Virus record (IMG/VR): IMGVR_UViG_3300020179_002092
Coordinates: 1-64,000 of that record
Direction: 5' to 3' (one strand)
DNA: 64,000 nt
Source of the DNA: a virus
The translations under genes and the position numbers were made by a program. This document shows, piece after piece, positions 17,596 through 28,267 of this stretch. Numbering within the stretch: position 1 is the stretch's first letter; every line of letters begins with the position of its first letter. The notes below the pieces were generated by a model, which had not been told where the DNA came from, ran no database searches, and saw only the letters and a program-made list of their open reading frames with translations.

Positions 17596-19871
17596 AAATT
17601 GCCTTAATTGACAAAGCACCTAATCGCACAAAATATAGTGATTATTTTGAGTTTGATTTTGAACACTTTCACATGAGTTCAAAGCCTATTACAAAATTGC
17701 TGAAAAAAGATGTAGACCTAGATATTGATACTAACTTATATGACTTAGTGATACTAGTAGGTGCTGAAGCGGCTAAAGAATATGCTAAAATTACTAGTGT
17801 AACTAACTATGCAGGTCAAGTAATAAATGAAAAGTTTATACCTATCAGCAATCCTGCTATGTTAGCATTTAAGCCAGAAGGTAAACCGGATTTTGAGCGT
17901 GCAGTAGATAAAATACACAAATATGTTCGTGGTGAAGTTACTGGACTTAAAACTGGCGATTTTTGTGGTATTGGTAATGAAGAACAAGCTAGAGCTTTCT
18001 TTCAAGAAGTTTTAGATAACGCACAGGGTGTAGTAGCTATGGATACAGAAACAACTGGCCTATACCCTAGAGATGGTTATGTACTCGGCATTAGTATTAG
18101 TTATAAGCCAAATCATGGCAGATATATTAGCTGTGATTGTATTGGTGAAAATACATTTCAATTATTGCGTGAAATTTGTAGTCGTTTTACAATAGTTTTC
18201 CATAACATGAAATTTGACTATAAAATGCTTAAATATCATCTCGATTTAGAATTTGATCGTAGTAAAGTACATGATACTATGGTCATGCACTATGTATTAG
18301 ATGAAACAGATGGTCATGGCTTAAAAGATTTAGCACTAAAGTACACAGACTATGGTGACTATGACGCTAAACTGGATGAATTTAAGAAAGATTATTGCCG
18401 TCAACATCATATTCTCAACGAAAATTTTACCTACGACTTAATACCATTTGACATTATCAGTGAATATGCATCGATAGACACAGCAGTTACACTAGAATTA
18501 TTTAACAAGTTCTGGCCTATCATACAAAAAAATGGTAATCTATACAAAGTTTACACACAAATCTTAATTCCAGGTACCTTATTCTTAATGGACATGGAAG
18601 AAGTAGGTATTCCTATTAGTCGTGAACGTATGCAATTAGCGGACGAGTATCTAAGTACAAAGATTGAAGAAGCTAAACAGCATATTTACACTTTTGATCA
18701 AGTAAAATTATTTGAAAAGAATGAAAATAAAACGTTTAATCCTAATAGTGTTATGCAGCTACGCTCAATACTATTTGATTATGTAGGATTAACACCAACT
18801 GGTAAAAAAACTGGCACAGGAGCTATTAGTACCGATGCAGAAGTACTAGAACAGCTAAGTGAAGAACACGAGCTTCCTAAGGCTATCTTACAAGTACGTA
18901 AATTATCAAAGATTCAAAACACATATATTCATAAGATACTTCCTGAGCTTGATAAAGACGATAGGATTCGCACTAATTTTAATCTTATTTTTACCACTAG
19001 TGGTCGTCTATCTAGTAGTGGTAAATTTAATGCACAGCAGATACCTAGAGACGACCCAATAATTAAAGGTTGTATCAAAGCTCCAATAGGTTATAAAATT
19101 GTTTCGCAAGATTTGAGAACTGCTGAAATGTACTATGCCGCGGTGCTGTCAAAAGATAAGAATTTGCAAAAGGTATTTACTGACGATGCTGATTTTCACA
19201 GTAGTATTGCTAAAATGGTATTTGACTTACCTTGTGATGTAGAGCAGGTAAAGAAAATTTATCCAGATATGCGTCAAAGTGCTAAAGCAATTTCATTTGG
19301 TATTTTATATGGTAGTGGAGCTGATAAAGTCAGTGTTACTGTTACGAAAGCTACAGGACAGCACTACCCTGTAGATCGTGCTCGTGATGATATTAAGCAG
19401 TACTTTACAACTTTTAAAAAATTAAAGCAGTGGCTAGACACTCGCAAGGAGTTTATTCAACAAAATGGATATACTTACTCGTTTTTTGGCCGAAAAAGAC
19501 GGCTTCCTAACGTATTCAGCAGTGACAAAGGAATCGCAGCCCACGAAGTACGAAGTGGAATTAATTCAGAAATCCAATCGCTGGCAAGTGACGTTAACTT
19601 ACTCGGAGCTATTGGAACTGCTAGAGAAATTATCGAGCGTAGACTTGACGCAAGAATCTTCATGCTTGTACATGACTCAATCGTGGCATTGGTTAAGACC
19701 GAGCACGTAGAACAGTATTGCGAAATATTGCGTAGTAATACTCAATATGACTGGGGCTGTAACATTCCCGGATTTCCTATTGGTGTAGACCAAGACATTG
19801 GCGATGATTATAGCTTTGGGCATTTTGAAGAAATTTATGCAGTTAGACAAAATAACTTGGCCCGTATTTAA
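17592..19871 (+). CDS. family A DNA polymerase with 3'-5' exonuclease
   Basis: DTETTG, HNMKFD, TTSGRLSS, motif A QDLRTAE, motif B RQSAKAISFGILYG, motif C VHDS. Confidence 0.96.
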   Translation: MKIALIDKAPNRTKYSDYFEFDFEHFHMSSKPITKLLKKDVDLDIDTNLYDLVILVGAEAAKEYAKITSVTNYAGQVINEKFIPISNPAMLAFKPEGKPDFERAVDKIHKYVRGEVTGLKTGDFCGIGNEEQARAFFQEVLDNAQGVVAMDTETTGLYPRDGYVLGISISYKPNHGRYISCDCIGENTFQLLREICSRFTIVFHNMKFDYKMLKYHLDLEFDRSKVHDTMVMHYVLDETDGHGLKDLALKYTDYGDYDAKLDEFKKDYCRQHHILNENFTYDLIPFDIISEYASIDTAVTLELFNKFWPIIQKNGNLYKVYTQILIPGTLFLMDMEEVGIPISRERMQLADEYLSTKIEEAKQHIYTFDQVKLFEKNENKTFNPNSVMQLRSILFDYVGLTPTGKKTGTGAISTDAEVLEQLSEEHELPKAILQVRKLSKIQNTYIHKILPELDKDDRIRTNFNLIFTTSGRLSSSGKFNAQQIPRDDPIIKGCIKAPIGYKIVSQDLRTAEMYYAAVLSKDKNLQKVFTDDADFHSSIAKMVFDLPCDVEQVKKIYPDMRQSAKAISFGILYGSGADKVSVTVTKATGQHYPVDRARDDIKQYFTTFKKLKQWLDTRKEFIQQNGYTYSFFGRKRRLPNVFSSDKGIAAHEVRSGINSEIQSLASDVNLLGAIGTAREIIERRLDARIFMLVHDSIVALVKTEHVEQYCEILRSNTQYDWGCNIPGFPIGVDQDIGDDYSFGHFEEIYAVRQNNLARI

Positions 19872-20361
19872 ATTAGGTAATAAACAACCCCAAGTAGAAA
19901 ATGGGGTTGTTTATTATCACACAGAATTACTCGACAGTGAAAAAAACGAGTTAATAAATACAATAAACATTGTAGACGATAAAACATTGCCACAAAAAAC
20001 ATTAGGTTTACGAAGATTAAGTATTAATAAAGATAATTTATATAAAATATCTACAGCAATATATACTCTGCAAGATTTAGTAAAAATAGCCACACCAAAA
20101 GTTTGGTTTATAGATAGCAGTGGAGCTATTTTTCAGTATAAAAAATCTGTGCGCGCTAAGCTGCAAATTTACAAGATTAAACAGGTTCTACCTGTTAGTG
20201 GAATAGGATGTGTACTAGAGGTTGAAGGTCTAGTAGAAAGATTTAAATCATTAACAGTACCAAATAATGAAAAATATGCGGCAATTTTACACTATAGTAA
20301 CAAAGTGTTATTCTACGGTTTATGTAGTGAAAAAATCAAATCAACTTGGAGATTAGTATGA
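19837..20361 (+). CDS. T5-like conserved hypothetical protein
   Basis: Between pol and D10; FIDSSGAIFQYKK. Confidence 0.7.
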   Translation: MQLDKITWPVFKLGNKQPQVENGVVYYHTELLDSEKNELINTINIVDDKTLPQKTLGLRRLSINKDNLYKISTAIYTLQDLVKIATPKVWFIDSSGAIFQYKKSVRAKLQIYKIKQVLPVSGIGCVLEVEGLVERFKSLTVPNNEKYAAILHYSNKVLFYGLCSEKIKSTWRLV

Positions 20362-21650
20362 AAGCTATTATAAGTAATAGAATTTATATGGACAATCCAG
20401 GTAATGCTGCTACTAAATTTATAGCAAACACGTTAACTTATAAACTAGTAAAAAATACTGGATCTAAAAAATTTAATACAGTAGAAACCATAAAAAATTA
20501 TAGATTATTTAATGGCGGCATGATAAGTGTTCCACAGGGTCGCATAGACCTAATACCAGAAGAATATGAAATTATCGATAGACGTGTATACAATAATGTT
20601 CCTTTTCCTAAACCAAAATTTAACCTAAGACCAGAACAAGAAGAAATCTATAAACAAGCTAATGATACATGTTTTATTAATGCACTAGTAGGTTGGGGTA
20701 AAACATTTACTGCCTTACATATAGCTAGTAAGTGGCAACAAAAAACATTAATTGTAACTCATACTACGGCACTTCGAGATCAGTGGATAGACGAAATACA
20801 AACCTTATTTGGGGTAGTTCCTGGAATTATTGGTAGTGGAACATTTAATATTGATGATCACTGCATTGTAGTTGGAAATGTGCAAAGTATTGTAAAATAT
20901 TTAGAAAAAATAAATAAAGAATTTGGCACTATTATCTTAGATGAAGCACATCATTGTCCAGCAACCACTTTTAGTAAAACTATAGATAGTTTTCACAGTA
21001 GGTATAGATTGGCACTAAGTGGAACATTGACTAGAAAAGATGGAAAACATGTAGTATTCCAAGATTATTTTGGTAATGTAGTATATAAACCACCACAAAG
21101 TAATACTATTAATCCACAAGTACATTTAATTAAAAGTAATATAGTATTAAATCCCAAAGCTAGTTGGGTTGAAAAAATAAATGAATTAACACAAAATAAT
21201 GATTACAGAAAATTTATTAGCGTTTTAGCTAAATATCACATTAATAATGGGCATAGTGTACTAATAGTAGCAGATAGGGTAGAATTTCTAGAAAAGGTAA
21301 AGGAATATGTTGGCGAAACATGTTTGTTGGTTACTGGCGACACCTCAGCAGAAGAAAGACAGCTTGCAAAAGAACAAATCCTTAACAAAACAAAAATGTG
21401 CATTGCTGGCAGCAGACAGATATTTAGTGAAGGAATCTCCATTAATATCTTAAGTTGTGTAATACTAGCAGTGCCAATGAGTAATGATAGCTTACTGGAA
21501 CAAATTGTAGGCAGAATTATGCGAGAATATCCAGATAAATTAAATCCTATAGTAGTAGATGTGCAATTTAGCGGTTGGTTAGATAAAAAACAAAATAATG
21601 ACAGATTAGGGCTATACCTTAAGAAAGGCTGGGAAATCATAACGGTATAG
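20358..21650 (+). CDS. SF2 helicase (T5 D10/UvsW-like)
   Basis: GWGKT, DEAHH, LSGT, SEGIS, QIVGRIMR. Confidence 0.92.
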   Translation: MKAIISNRIYMDNPGNAATKFIANTLTYKLVKNTGSKKFNTVETIKNYRLFNGGMISVPQGRIDLIPEEYEIIDRRVYNNVPFPKPKFNLRPEQEEIYKQANDTCFINALVGWGKTFTALHIASKWQQKTLIVTHTTALRDQWIDEIQTLFGVVPGIIGSGTFNIDDHCIVVGNVQSIVKYLEKINKEFGTIILDEAHHCPATTFSKTIDSFHSRYRLALSGTLTRKDGKHVVFQDYFGNVVYKPPQSNTINPQVHLIKSNIVLNPKASWVEKINELTQNNDYRKFISVLAKYHINNGHSVLIVADRVEFLEKVKEYVGETCLLVTGDTSAEERQLAKEQILNKTKMCIAGSRQIFSEGISINILSCVILAVPMSNDSLLEQIVGRIMREYPDKLNPIVVDVQFSGWLDKKQNNDRLGLYLKKGWEIITV

Positions 21651-21660
21651 AATTTTTAAC

Positions 21661-21689
21661 TTGTAGTATTTAATTTGCTGTGTTATAAT
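21661..21689 (+). promoter_or_regulatory. sigma70 promoter
   Basis: TTGTAG-17-TATAAT with extended -10 TG. Confidence 0.65.
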
Positions 21690-21694
21690 ATATA

Positions 21695-22051
21695 ATGGTC
21701 GAAAGAAAAGTATATAGATTTGATTTACAAAAAGCTAAAATTTTAAGTAAACATAATCCAATAAAAATGTTAAATATATTATATAAACACTACAAAAGAA
21801 ATGACATTAAATTAAATGGATTAAGTTTTTTAAAAAATGCTAAAGATTTTTTCCTAGACAAAAATGTAGATATATTATATAGAGCGCAATATATAGACTT
21901 AGCAGGACGTAGAAGTTATCAACAATACAAAGACTTAAATTACACATATTTAGACTTAACTTACTATCCTGATATAAATATAAATGCAATAACCTACAAT
22001 ACATTATTAATAATCAAAAACAACAAAATTTATTTTAAATACGAGGAATAA
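21695..22051 (+). CDS. hypothetical protein
   Basis: ORF between D10 and D11 as in T5. Confidence 0.65.
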   Translation: MVERKVYRFDLQKAKILSKHNPIKMLNILYKHYKRNDIKLNGLSFLKNAKDFFLDKNVDILYRAQYIDLAGRRSYQQYKDLNYTYLDLTYYPDININAITYNTLLIIKNNKIYFKYEE

Positions 22052-22690
22052 ATGGCACTAACTTTTAAACAAACAAAAGGTAAAGCAGTAACAAATAAAG
22101 TAGAAACTTATGAATATAAAGATGGTGAAAATACAGTACGATTAGTTGGTGGTATTCTTCCTCGATATATTTATTGGATTAAAGGTACAAACAACAAAGA
22201 TATTCCTATTGAATGTCTAGCCTTTAGCCGTGATAAAGAAAAATTTGACAATTTAGAAAAAGATCCTGTACCTGAGTATTATCCTGATCTAAAATGCAGT
22301 TGGAGTTATTCTATTAATTGTATAGATCCGAAAGACGGAAAAGTTAAAGCACTTAACCTTAAAAAGAAATTGTTTGAGCAGATTCTTACTGCTGCAGAAG
22401 ATTTAGGTGATCCTACTGACTATGATACAGGCTGGGATGTAGTATTTAAACGTGTTAAAACTGGTCCACTTACTTTTAATGTCGAATATACACTACAAGT
22501 ATTACGTTGCAAGCCTCGCGCTCTTACACCGGCAGAAAGAGCTGCTGCAGATAGTGCACAGAGTATTGATGAAAAATTTCCAAGACCTACACCAGAAGAA
22601 ATAAAAGCTTTGCTAGAAAAATTAAGTAATCAACAAGACGAAGAAGAAACTACAGATAACGAACAAGAAGCAATTAAAGAATTAGGTTAA
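22052..22690 (+). CDS. T5 D11-like ssDNA-binding protein
   Basis: RYIYW, LKKKLFEQI, DPTDYDTGWDV, acidic C-tail; synteny. Confidence 0.85.
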   Translation: MALTFKQTKGKAVTNKVETYEYKDGENTVRLVGGILPRYIYWIKGTNNKDIPIECLAFSRDKEKFDNLEKDPVPEYYPDLKCSWSYSINCIDPKDGKVKALNLKKKLFEQILTAAEDLGDPTDYDTGWDVVFKRVKTGPLTFNVEYTLQVLRCKPRALTPAERAAADSAQSIDEKFPRPTPEEIKALLEKLSNQQDEEETTDNEQEAIKELG

Positions 22691-22695
22691 TAATA

Positions 22696-22730
22696 AGCCC
22701 AGTAACCTAAATTACTGGGCTATTTATTTT
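22696..22730 (+). terminator. intrinsic terminator
   Basis: agcccagtaa-cctaaa-ttactgggct + T-rich tail. Confidence 0.8.
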
Positions 22731-22745
22731 TAGGAAATGTTAAGT

Positions 22746-23705
22746 ATGCAAGTATTATTTACAGCAGATATTCATATAAAATTAGGTCAAAAAAATGTTC
22801 CTGTAGAGTGGGCTAAAAATAGATATGAATTACTGTGGCAACAATTAACACTACAACAAAAAAAAGCAGATGTATTTATTATAGGCGGAGATATTTTTGA
22901 TAAACTGCCTAGCATGGAAGAATTAGAAATTTATTTTGATATGATTAGTAATTGCAAGATAAATACATTAATTTATAGTGGTAATCATGAGGCAGTTAAA
23001 AAGTCTACAACTTTTCTAACCAATTTAGCTCGTGTAACCAACTTAATGAATAGAAAAGTAATAATTATAGACGATTACTATAGCGACTATGGAATAGAAT
23101 TTGTTCCTTACAATAAATTAAAAGATTTTGAACAAGCTAATCCATGGCCAGAAGGTGGTAATATATTATGTACTCACGTACGTGGTAGTATACCTCCACA
23201 TGTAACACCAGAAGTAAATTTAAATATATTTAAGCTTTGGAAGATTGTGCTAGCCGGTGATCTACATAGCTATGAAAATTCTCAGGCAAATATTTTATAT
23301 CCAGGTAGTCCAATTACTACTAGTTTTCACAGACAACCTGTAGACACAGGAGTTATTTTGCTAGATACTGAAACACTAGAGCACAAGTGGATAAAACTAG
23401 AACTACCGCAATTGATAAGAAAAACTGTTGGAGCAAATGACCCTAAACCGCCAACTGAGTATCATCATACAATTTATCAAGTTGAAGGTGATATGCAAGA
23501 ATTAGGACAGCTAGAAGATAGTGATTTAATTGATCGCAAGATAATCAAACGTACAACTGATGTGCAATTAATGCTAGAAAACGATATGAGTTTGATTGAA
23601 GAAGTAAGAGAATATTTAAGATATATACTTGAATTACCTGAAGAAACTATTGAACGCGCAGCACTAGAAGTTCAAAGTCAACTTGATAAGATTGAAAATG
23701 AGTGA
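22746..23705 (+). CDS. Mre11/SbcD-like nuclease (T5 D12)
   Basis: ADIH, GGDIFD, GNHE, THV, GDLH, YPGSP. Confidence 0.93.
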   Translation: MQVLFTADIHIKLGQKNVPVEWAKNRYELLWQQLTLQQKKADVFIIGGDIFDKLPSMEELEIYFDMISNCKINTLIYSGNHEAVKKSTTFLTNLARVTNLMNRKVIIIDDYYSDYGIEFVPYNKLKDFEQANPWPEGGNILCTHVRGSIPPHVTPEVNLNIFKLWKIVLAGDLHSYENSQANILYPGSPITTSFHRQPVDTGVILLDTETLEHKWIKLELPQLIRKTVGANDPKPPTEYHHTIYQVEGDMQELGQLEDSDLIDRKIIKRTTDVQLMLENDMSLIEEVREYLRYILELPEETIERAALEVQSQLDKIENE

Positions 23706-23713
23706 GTTAAAAG

Positions 23714-25516
23714 ATGATAACAATTAAGGAATTACGTTGGAGTAATTGTTTTAGCTATAGTTCAAATAATGTTATCAACTTTGTAAAAGCACCGTTAACA
23801 CAACTAGTTGGTAAAAACGGACACGGTAAAAGTAGTATTGCATTAATATTAGAAGAAGTATTATTTAATAAAAACAGTAAGTCTATTAAAAAGTCTGATA
23901 TTTTAAACAGATATATAAAAGACAAAAATTATATTATTGAATTAGATCTTGAACGTGATGGTAATGATTATACTATAAAATGTACTCGTGGCACGCAACA
24001 AACTGTTAAATTGCTAAAAAATGGCCAAGATATTAGTGCACACACTGCTACACAAACTTATAAAATTATAGAGGATATTATAGGTATTGATCATAAAAGT
24101 TTTTCGCAAATTGTTTATCAGTCAAATGCTAGTAGCCTTGAGTTCTTAACTAGTGCAGATACAGCACGAAAAAAGTTTTTAATAGAAATTTTAAATTTAA
24201 CTAAGTACACTCGTGCAAGTGAAATATTTAAAGAAATTAGTTTAGAGTTAGGTAAAGAAATAGCACAATGTCAAGCCAAAATTACTACTATTAATAATTG
24301 GCTAAACAAGTATGAAAAAAGTGATCTAATTGTTAAAAATTTTTATATAGTAGAAACTTTGGATAATAATTTATCTAAGCAGGTAACAGAATTAGAATTA
24401 GACTTAGCGAATTTAGAAAAGATTAATCGTAAAATAATTAATAATAATGTTTATAAACAACAGTTAAATAATATAGATTTAAATTTATCTAACTCTACTA
24501 GTGTAGATATTGACGATATTAAAAAATTTCAGCAAAAACAAGCTGAGTATATGAAAACTGTTCGAGATGGTGAAACATTTATAAAAAAATTAAATAACTT
24601 ACATGGTGTCTGCCCAACTTGTTTTAGTAAAATTGACAGTGTAAAAACTACTGATTTAATTAATGAACGAAATGAGGAGATAAAAAGTGCTAAATCGGCA
24701 CTAACATCAACTACGACAATTATTAGTAGTTTAGAAGAGCAATATAAATTATATCAACATAATTTACAGCAACAACAAGAATGGGAAAAACTTCATCTAT
24801 TAATTGATAATTCGCTGCCAGAAAAAACATTAATAAAAAATGAACTACAAATTAAATATGATAGCTTAGCTAAAAATTTAAGAGACACTCAGCAACGAAT
24901 AAAATTGGCAGAAGAAAATAATTTAAAGATACAACAGCATAATAGTCGTGTAGAAACTATTAAGCAACAATTGCAAGAGATGAGTGAAGAGTTAGAAGAG
25001 CATAGTTTTCAACTAAGTTTAATGAACGAGCGCATGAGTATACTACAAGTACTTACAAAAACTTTTAGTACTACAGGCCTTGTAGCTTATAAGATAGAAT
25101 GTTTAGTAAAAGACTTAGAAGATATTACTAATAAGTACTTAGTCGACTTAAGTGATGGTAGATTTCAAATTACTTTTAAAGTAAATAGCAGTGATAAACT
25201 AAATGTTATTATTACTGATAATGGCAAAGATATTGATATTAACGCATTAAGTGGCGGAGAACGCGCTCGTGTAAATGTTGCAACACTACTTGCAATTAGA
25301 AAGTTAATGCAAACACTTAGCAGCAGTCGTATTAATTTGCTAATATTAGATGAAACAGTAGAAGCTCTAGATACAGATGGTAAAGAAAAATTAATAGAAG
25401 TGCTATTGAGTGAAGAACATTTAAACACTTTTTTAGTAAGTCACGGTTTTAGCCATCCACTATTAGAAAAAATTAGCATTATAAAGCGTAATAATATATC
25501 TCGTATTGAGGGGTAG
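23714..25516 (+). CDS. Rad50/SbcC-like ATPase (T5 D13)
   Basis: GKNGHGKS, Zn hook CPTC, LSGGE, ILDE, SH. Confidence 0.94.
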   Translation: MITIKELRWSNCFSYSSNNVINFVKAPLTQLVGKNGHGKSSIALILEEVLFNKNSKSIKKSDILNRYIKDKNYIIELDLERDGNDYTIKCTRGTQQTVKLLKNGQDISAHTATQTYKIIEDIIGIDHKSFSQIVYQSNASSLEFLTSADTARKKFLIEILNLTKYTRASEIFKEISLELGKEIAQCQAKITTINNWLNKYEKSDLIVKNFYIVETLDNNLSKQVTELELDLANLEKINRKIINNNVYKQQLNNIDLNLSNSTSVDIDDIKKFQQKQAEYMKTVRDGETFIKKLNNLHGVCPTCFSKIDSVKTTDLINERNEEIKSAKSALTSTTTIISSLEEQYKLYQHNLQQQQEWEKLHLLIDNSLPEKTLIKNELQIKYDSLAKNLRDTQQRIKLAEENNLKIQQHNSRVETIKQQLQEMSEELEEHSFQLSLMNERMSILQVLTKTFSTTGLVAYKIECLVKDLEDITNKYLVDLSDGRFQITFKVNSSDKLNVIITDNGKDIDINALSGGERARVNVATLLAIRKLMQTLSSSRINLLILDETVEALDTDGKEKLIEVLLSEEHLNTFLVSHGFSHPLLEKISIIKRNNISRIEG

Positions 25517-25517
25517 T

Positions 25518-25700
25518 ATGAGTAAAAAGCATCTTGAAAAGATTATGAGTAGACGTCCAAAACGAATAGAAAAAGCCACTAAATTAATAGAAGAAATGGC
25601 ACTATTAGATCAAAAATTACCTCTATATATGGACGCTAGGGGTAATATTGACTGGGATAAGCTAGCTAAACATGTACATGAGGCTATTAGTGGTACATAG
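25518..25700 (+). CDS. hypothetical protein
   Basis: ATG after GAGGGG RBS. Confidence 0.6.
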   Translation: MSKKHLEKIMSRRPKRIEKATKLIEEMALLDQKLPLYMDARGNIDWDKLAKHVHEAISGT

Positions 25701-25721
25701 TCGCCAAAAAAGAGCAGACTC

Positions 25722-26147
25722 ATGTTTAAGATCTTAAACAGTCAAGCAGATCAAATTGGTAATATTTTAGTCACGGTGTTTCACAAACTGGCTCTGTTTG
25801 GCATTGGTGCTGCAACAATATGGGCTGCTGGTTATACTTTCTGGGAACTATTTGCCAAGCCTCATGCTACCATCAGCGATCTCTTGTTGCTGTTTATCTA
25901 TCTGGAAATTGGCGCTATGGTGGGTATTTATTTCAACACAAATCACATGCCGGTGCGTTTTCTGTTGTATATTGCAATCACTGCATTGACCAGACACTTG
26001 GTAGAGATGATGAGTCACTCACCGGTTAATGTGTGGCACATGGTGGCCACAGCAGGCTGTGTGTTTGTTGTGGCTATAAGCGTAGTTGTAATTAGATTCG
26101 GCAGTTGGCGATTTACGTCTAGAAACGATAGTGATGATACAGTATAA
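25722..26147 (+). CDS. psiE: phosphate-starvation-inducible PsiE-family membrane protein
   Basis: 4 TM; DLLLLFIYLEIGAMVGIYF..HMPVRFLLYIAITALTR. Confidence 0.88.
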   Translation: MFKILNSQADQIGNILVTVFHKLALFGIGAATIWAAGYTFWELFAKPHATISDLLLLFIYLEIGAMVGIYFNTNHMPVRFLLYIAITALTRHLVEMMSHSPVNVWHMVATAGCVFVVAISVVVIRFGSWRFTSRNDSDDTV

Positions 26148-26285
26148 ACTTTTTTAATTGTGAATATCACATTATTAACATATTAGAATTAAGAAATGAA
26201 GATTAAAAACTATCTATAACTAAATATTAGATAGAATCCTTATCAACAAACTTAAAAAATATATAGGTGTAAATAGGCATATCTC

Positions 26286-27473
26286 ATGAAAATTGCTATT
26301 ATTGGAGCAGGTATAGTAGGAATTACTTCTGCTTACTATCTGGCAAAAGCTGGTTATAAAGTTACTCTTTTTGACAGCGAATCAGGTCCTGCTCAACAGA
26401 GTAGCTATGCAAATGGGGCACAAATCAGTGTTAGCAATAGTGAAGTCTGGAATACTTGGCATAATATATACAAGGGTATAAAATGGTTAGCTAAAAAAGA
26501 TGCACCTCTCTTGATCCGACCCAGTTTGGATTGGGATAAGACACTTTGGCTTCTTAAATTCTTATACTATACAGCTACTAATATCTATGAAAAAAATACT
26601 ATTGCTACTATAAAACTGGGATTGCAGGCCCGTAAACTTTATGAAAAAATTATTGTAGAAGAACAGTTAAAATTTGATCAACGATATGAAGGCATACTGC
26701 ACATTTATAGAAACAAAAATTGGTTTAAACAAGCTAAACAAAGACAAGAGTTATATGTCTGGAACGATTGTGACCATGCGATCTTGACAAATAAAGACGA
26801 TATACTTAAAATAGAACCTAATCTGTTTAAAATTCAAGATATAGTTGGTGCTACTTATACAAAATCTGATTGGACCGGAGATATCTATCAATTCTGTAAT
26901 CATTTATTTAATGTATTAACAACAAAATATTCTATTGAATATGAATTCAATAGGAAAATAAGATTTATGTATGAGTTAAGTACCTATGATAAAATAGTTG
27001 TGGCCAACGGATCTCAAGCTAGACATTTGAGTAGACAAATTGGTGATTGTCATCCCGTATATCCTGTAAAAGGATACAGTATCACTGTTCCTGCACAAGA
27101 CATAAAAAACTATGATGCTATGCCCACAGTAAGTATTTTAGATGATGAAAATAAAATAGTATGCAGTAAACTTGGTGCTAGATTAAGAGTTGCAGGAACT
27201 GCAGAAATTACTGGTGATGATACAACGATAAGATCAGAAAGAATAGAACCTCTTGTAAGATGGGTAAATAAAAATTTTCCTGATATTAATACTGAACGAT
27301 ATGATAGTTGGGCTTGTTTAAGACCTATGACTCCAAATATGTTGCCAATAGTTAAACAAAGTAAATACAATGCTAAAGTATTTTATAATATTGGTCATGG
27401 GCATTTAGGCTGGACATTGAGTACAGCAACAGCAAAAAATTTAACTGAGTTAATGAATAATATTAAAAATTAA
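26286..27473 (+). CDS. dadA: D-amino acid dehydrogenase (FAD-dependent)
   Basis: GAGIVG, SYANGAQIS, YPVKGYS, RVAGTAE, WACLRPMTP, GHGHLGWT. Confidence 0.88.
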   Translation: MKIAIIGAGIVGITSAYYLAKAGYKVTLFDSESGPAQQSSYANGAQISVSNSEVWNTWHNIYKGIKWLAKKDAPLLIRPSLDWDKTLWLLKFLYYTATNIYEKNTIATIKLGLQARKLYEKIIVEEQLKFDQRYEGILHIYRNKNWFKQAKQRQELYVWNDCDHAILTNKDDILKIEPNLFKIQDIVGATYTKSDWTGDIYQFCNHLFNVLTTKYSIEYEFNRKIRFMYELSTYDKIVVANGSQARHLSRQIGDCHPVYPVKGYSITVPAQDIKNYDAMPTVSILDDENKIVCSKLGARLRVAGTAEITGDDTTIRSERIEPLVRWVNKNFPDINTERYDSWACLRPMTPNMLPIVKQSKYNAKVFYNIGHGHLGWTLSTATAKNLTELMNNIKN

Positions 27474-27487
27474 GGAAAGAAATTTTA

Positions 27488-27568
27488 ATGAACATCAAAG
27501 ATGTAATCATGTTAGTTGTAATTTGTTCTATTATGTCTGTGACCTTGCTTTATGGAGGCATGCCATAA
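27488..27568 (+). CDS. 26-aa single-TM microprotein
   Basis: MNIKDVIMLVVICSIMSVTLLYGGMP*, AAGGA upstream. Confidence 0.5.
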   Translation: MNIKDVIMLVVICSIMSVTLLYGGMP

Positions 27569-27642
27569 TGGCTAAAAATATCTGTATTTTATTTTACGTT
27601 TCAACAATGATAACAATCTTTTTAATCTTGGTGGGTATTTAA
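27568..27642 (+). CDS. 24-aa single-TM microprotein
   Basis: MAKNICILFYVSTMITIFLILVGI*, GGAGG RBS, TAATG coupling. Confidence 0.5.
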   Translation: MAKNICILFYVSTMITIFLILVGI

Positions 27643-27643
27643 T

Positions 27644-28009
27644 ATGTTTGGCTTTATAAAATTTTTAATGCTTTTGATAAAAACTTTTTATCATCTATTG
27701 GATCCTAACAAGAATGGTATGAAAGCTGCTCCGGTCAGTGTAAAATACATTGCCAGTATTTTATTGGCCTGTTTTTGGGCACTGGCATTTACTCTATATG
27801 TGGGAGAAATTTGGCTGCTGGGTTATAACCTATTTGGGCACATGGCTATTGTGACCATGGCGTTTGTGACCTGGATTGTGATCAAGACCATTCAAAAACA
27901 ATATCCAGATCGTCCACTAATAGAACACTTGAGACAACCGGATCGTAGTCAGCGTGATTATGAAATGACAGATCAAGAGCGTGTTAAGAAAGCAGGTGGT
28001 GTAGTATGA
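27644..28009 (+). CDS. membrane hypothetical protein
   Basis: Hydrophobic helices. Confidence 0.7.
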   Translation: MFGFIKFLMLLIKTFYHLLDPNKNGMKAAPVSVKYIASILLACFWALAFTLYVGEIWLLGYNLFGHMAIVTMAFVTWIVIKTIQKQYPDRPLIEHLRQPDRSQRDYEMTDQERVKKAGGVV

Positions 28010-28260
28010 AATTGTTCAGACCCAAACATCAAACAGGATATGTTTCTGAAATCACAGAATTTATTAACGAATTGAAACAAAAAGATCCTGAACTTGAAGC
28101 CAAACAATTGTATGGACGAAATTTGCTCTGGAACCGTCCTCAGGATTTAAATACCAATGAAGAATTAAATGCAGGGCGTGAAGCACAGAGTTCATATGTA
28201 TATTATTCAATACCGGATGTTAAAAAACCACTCTACAATGTTGACGTAGATAAAAGATAA
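28006..28260 (+). CDS. DUF3460-family protein
   Basis: YVSEITEFINELKQKDPELEAKQ..GRNLLW..Q..YVY. Confidence 0.75.
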   Translation: MKLFRPKHQTGYVSEITEFINELKQKDPELEAKQLYGRNLLWNRPQDLNTNEELNAGREAQSSYVYYSIPDVKKPLYNVDVDKR

Positions 28261-28267
28261 TTCAAAT

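Noticed and set aside
26159-26171. TGTGA-ata-TCACA CRP/FNR-like site upstream of dadA
   Set aside because: Spacer is 3 nt rather than 6; no riboswitch or Pho box recognisable either
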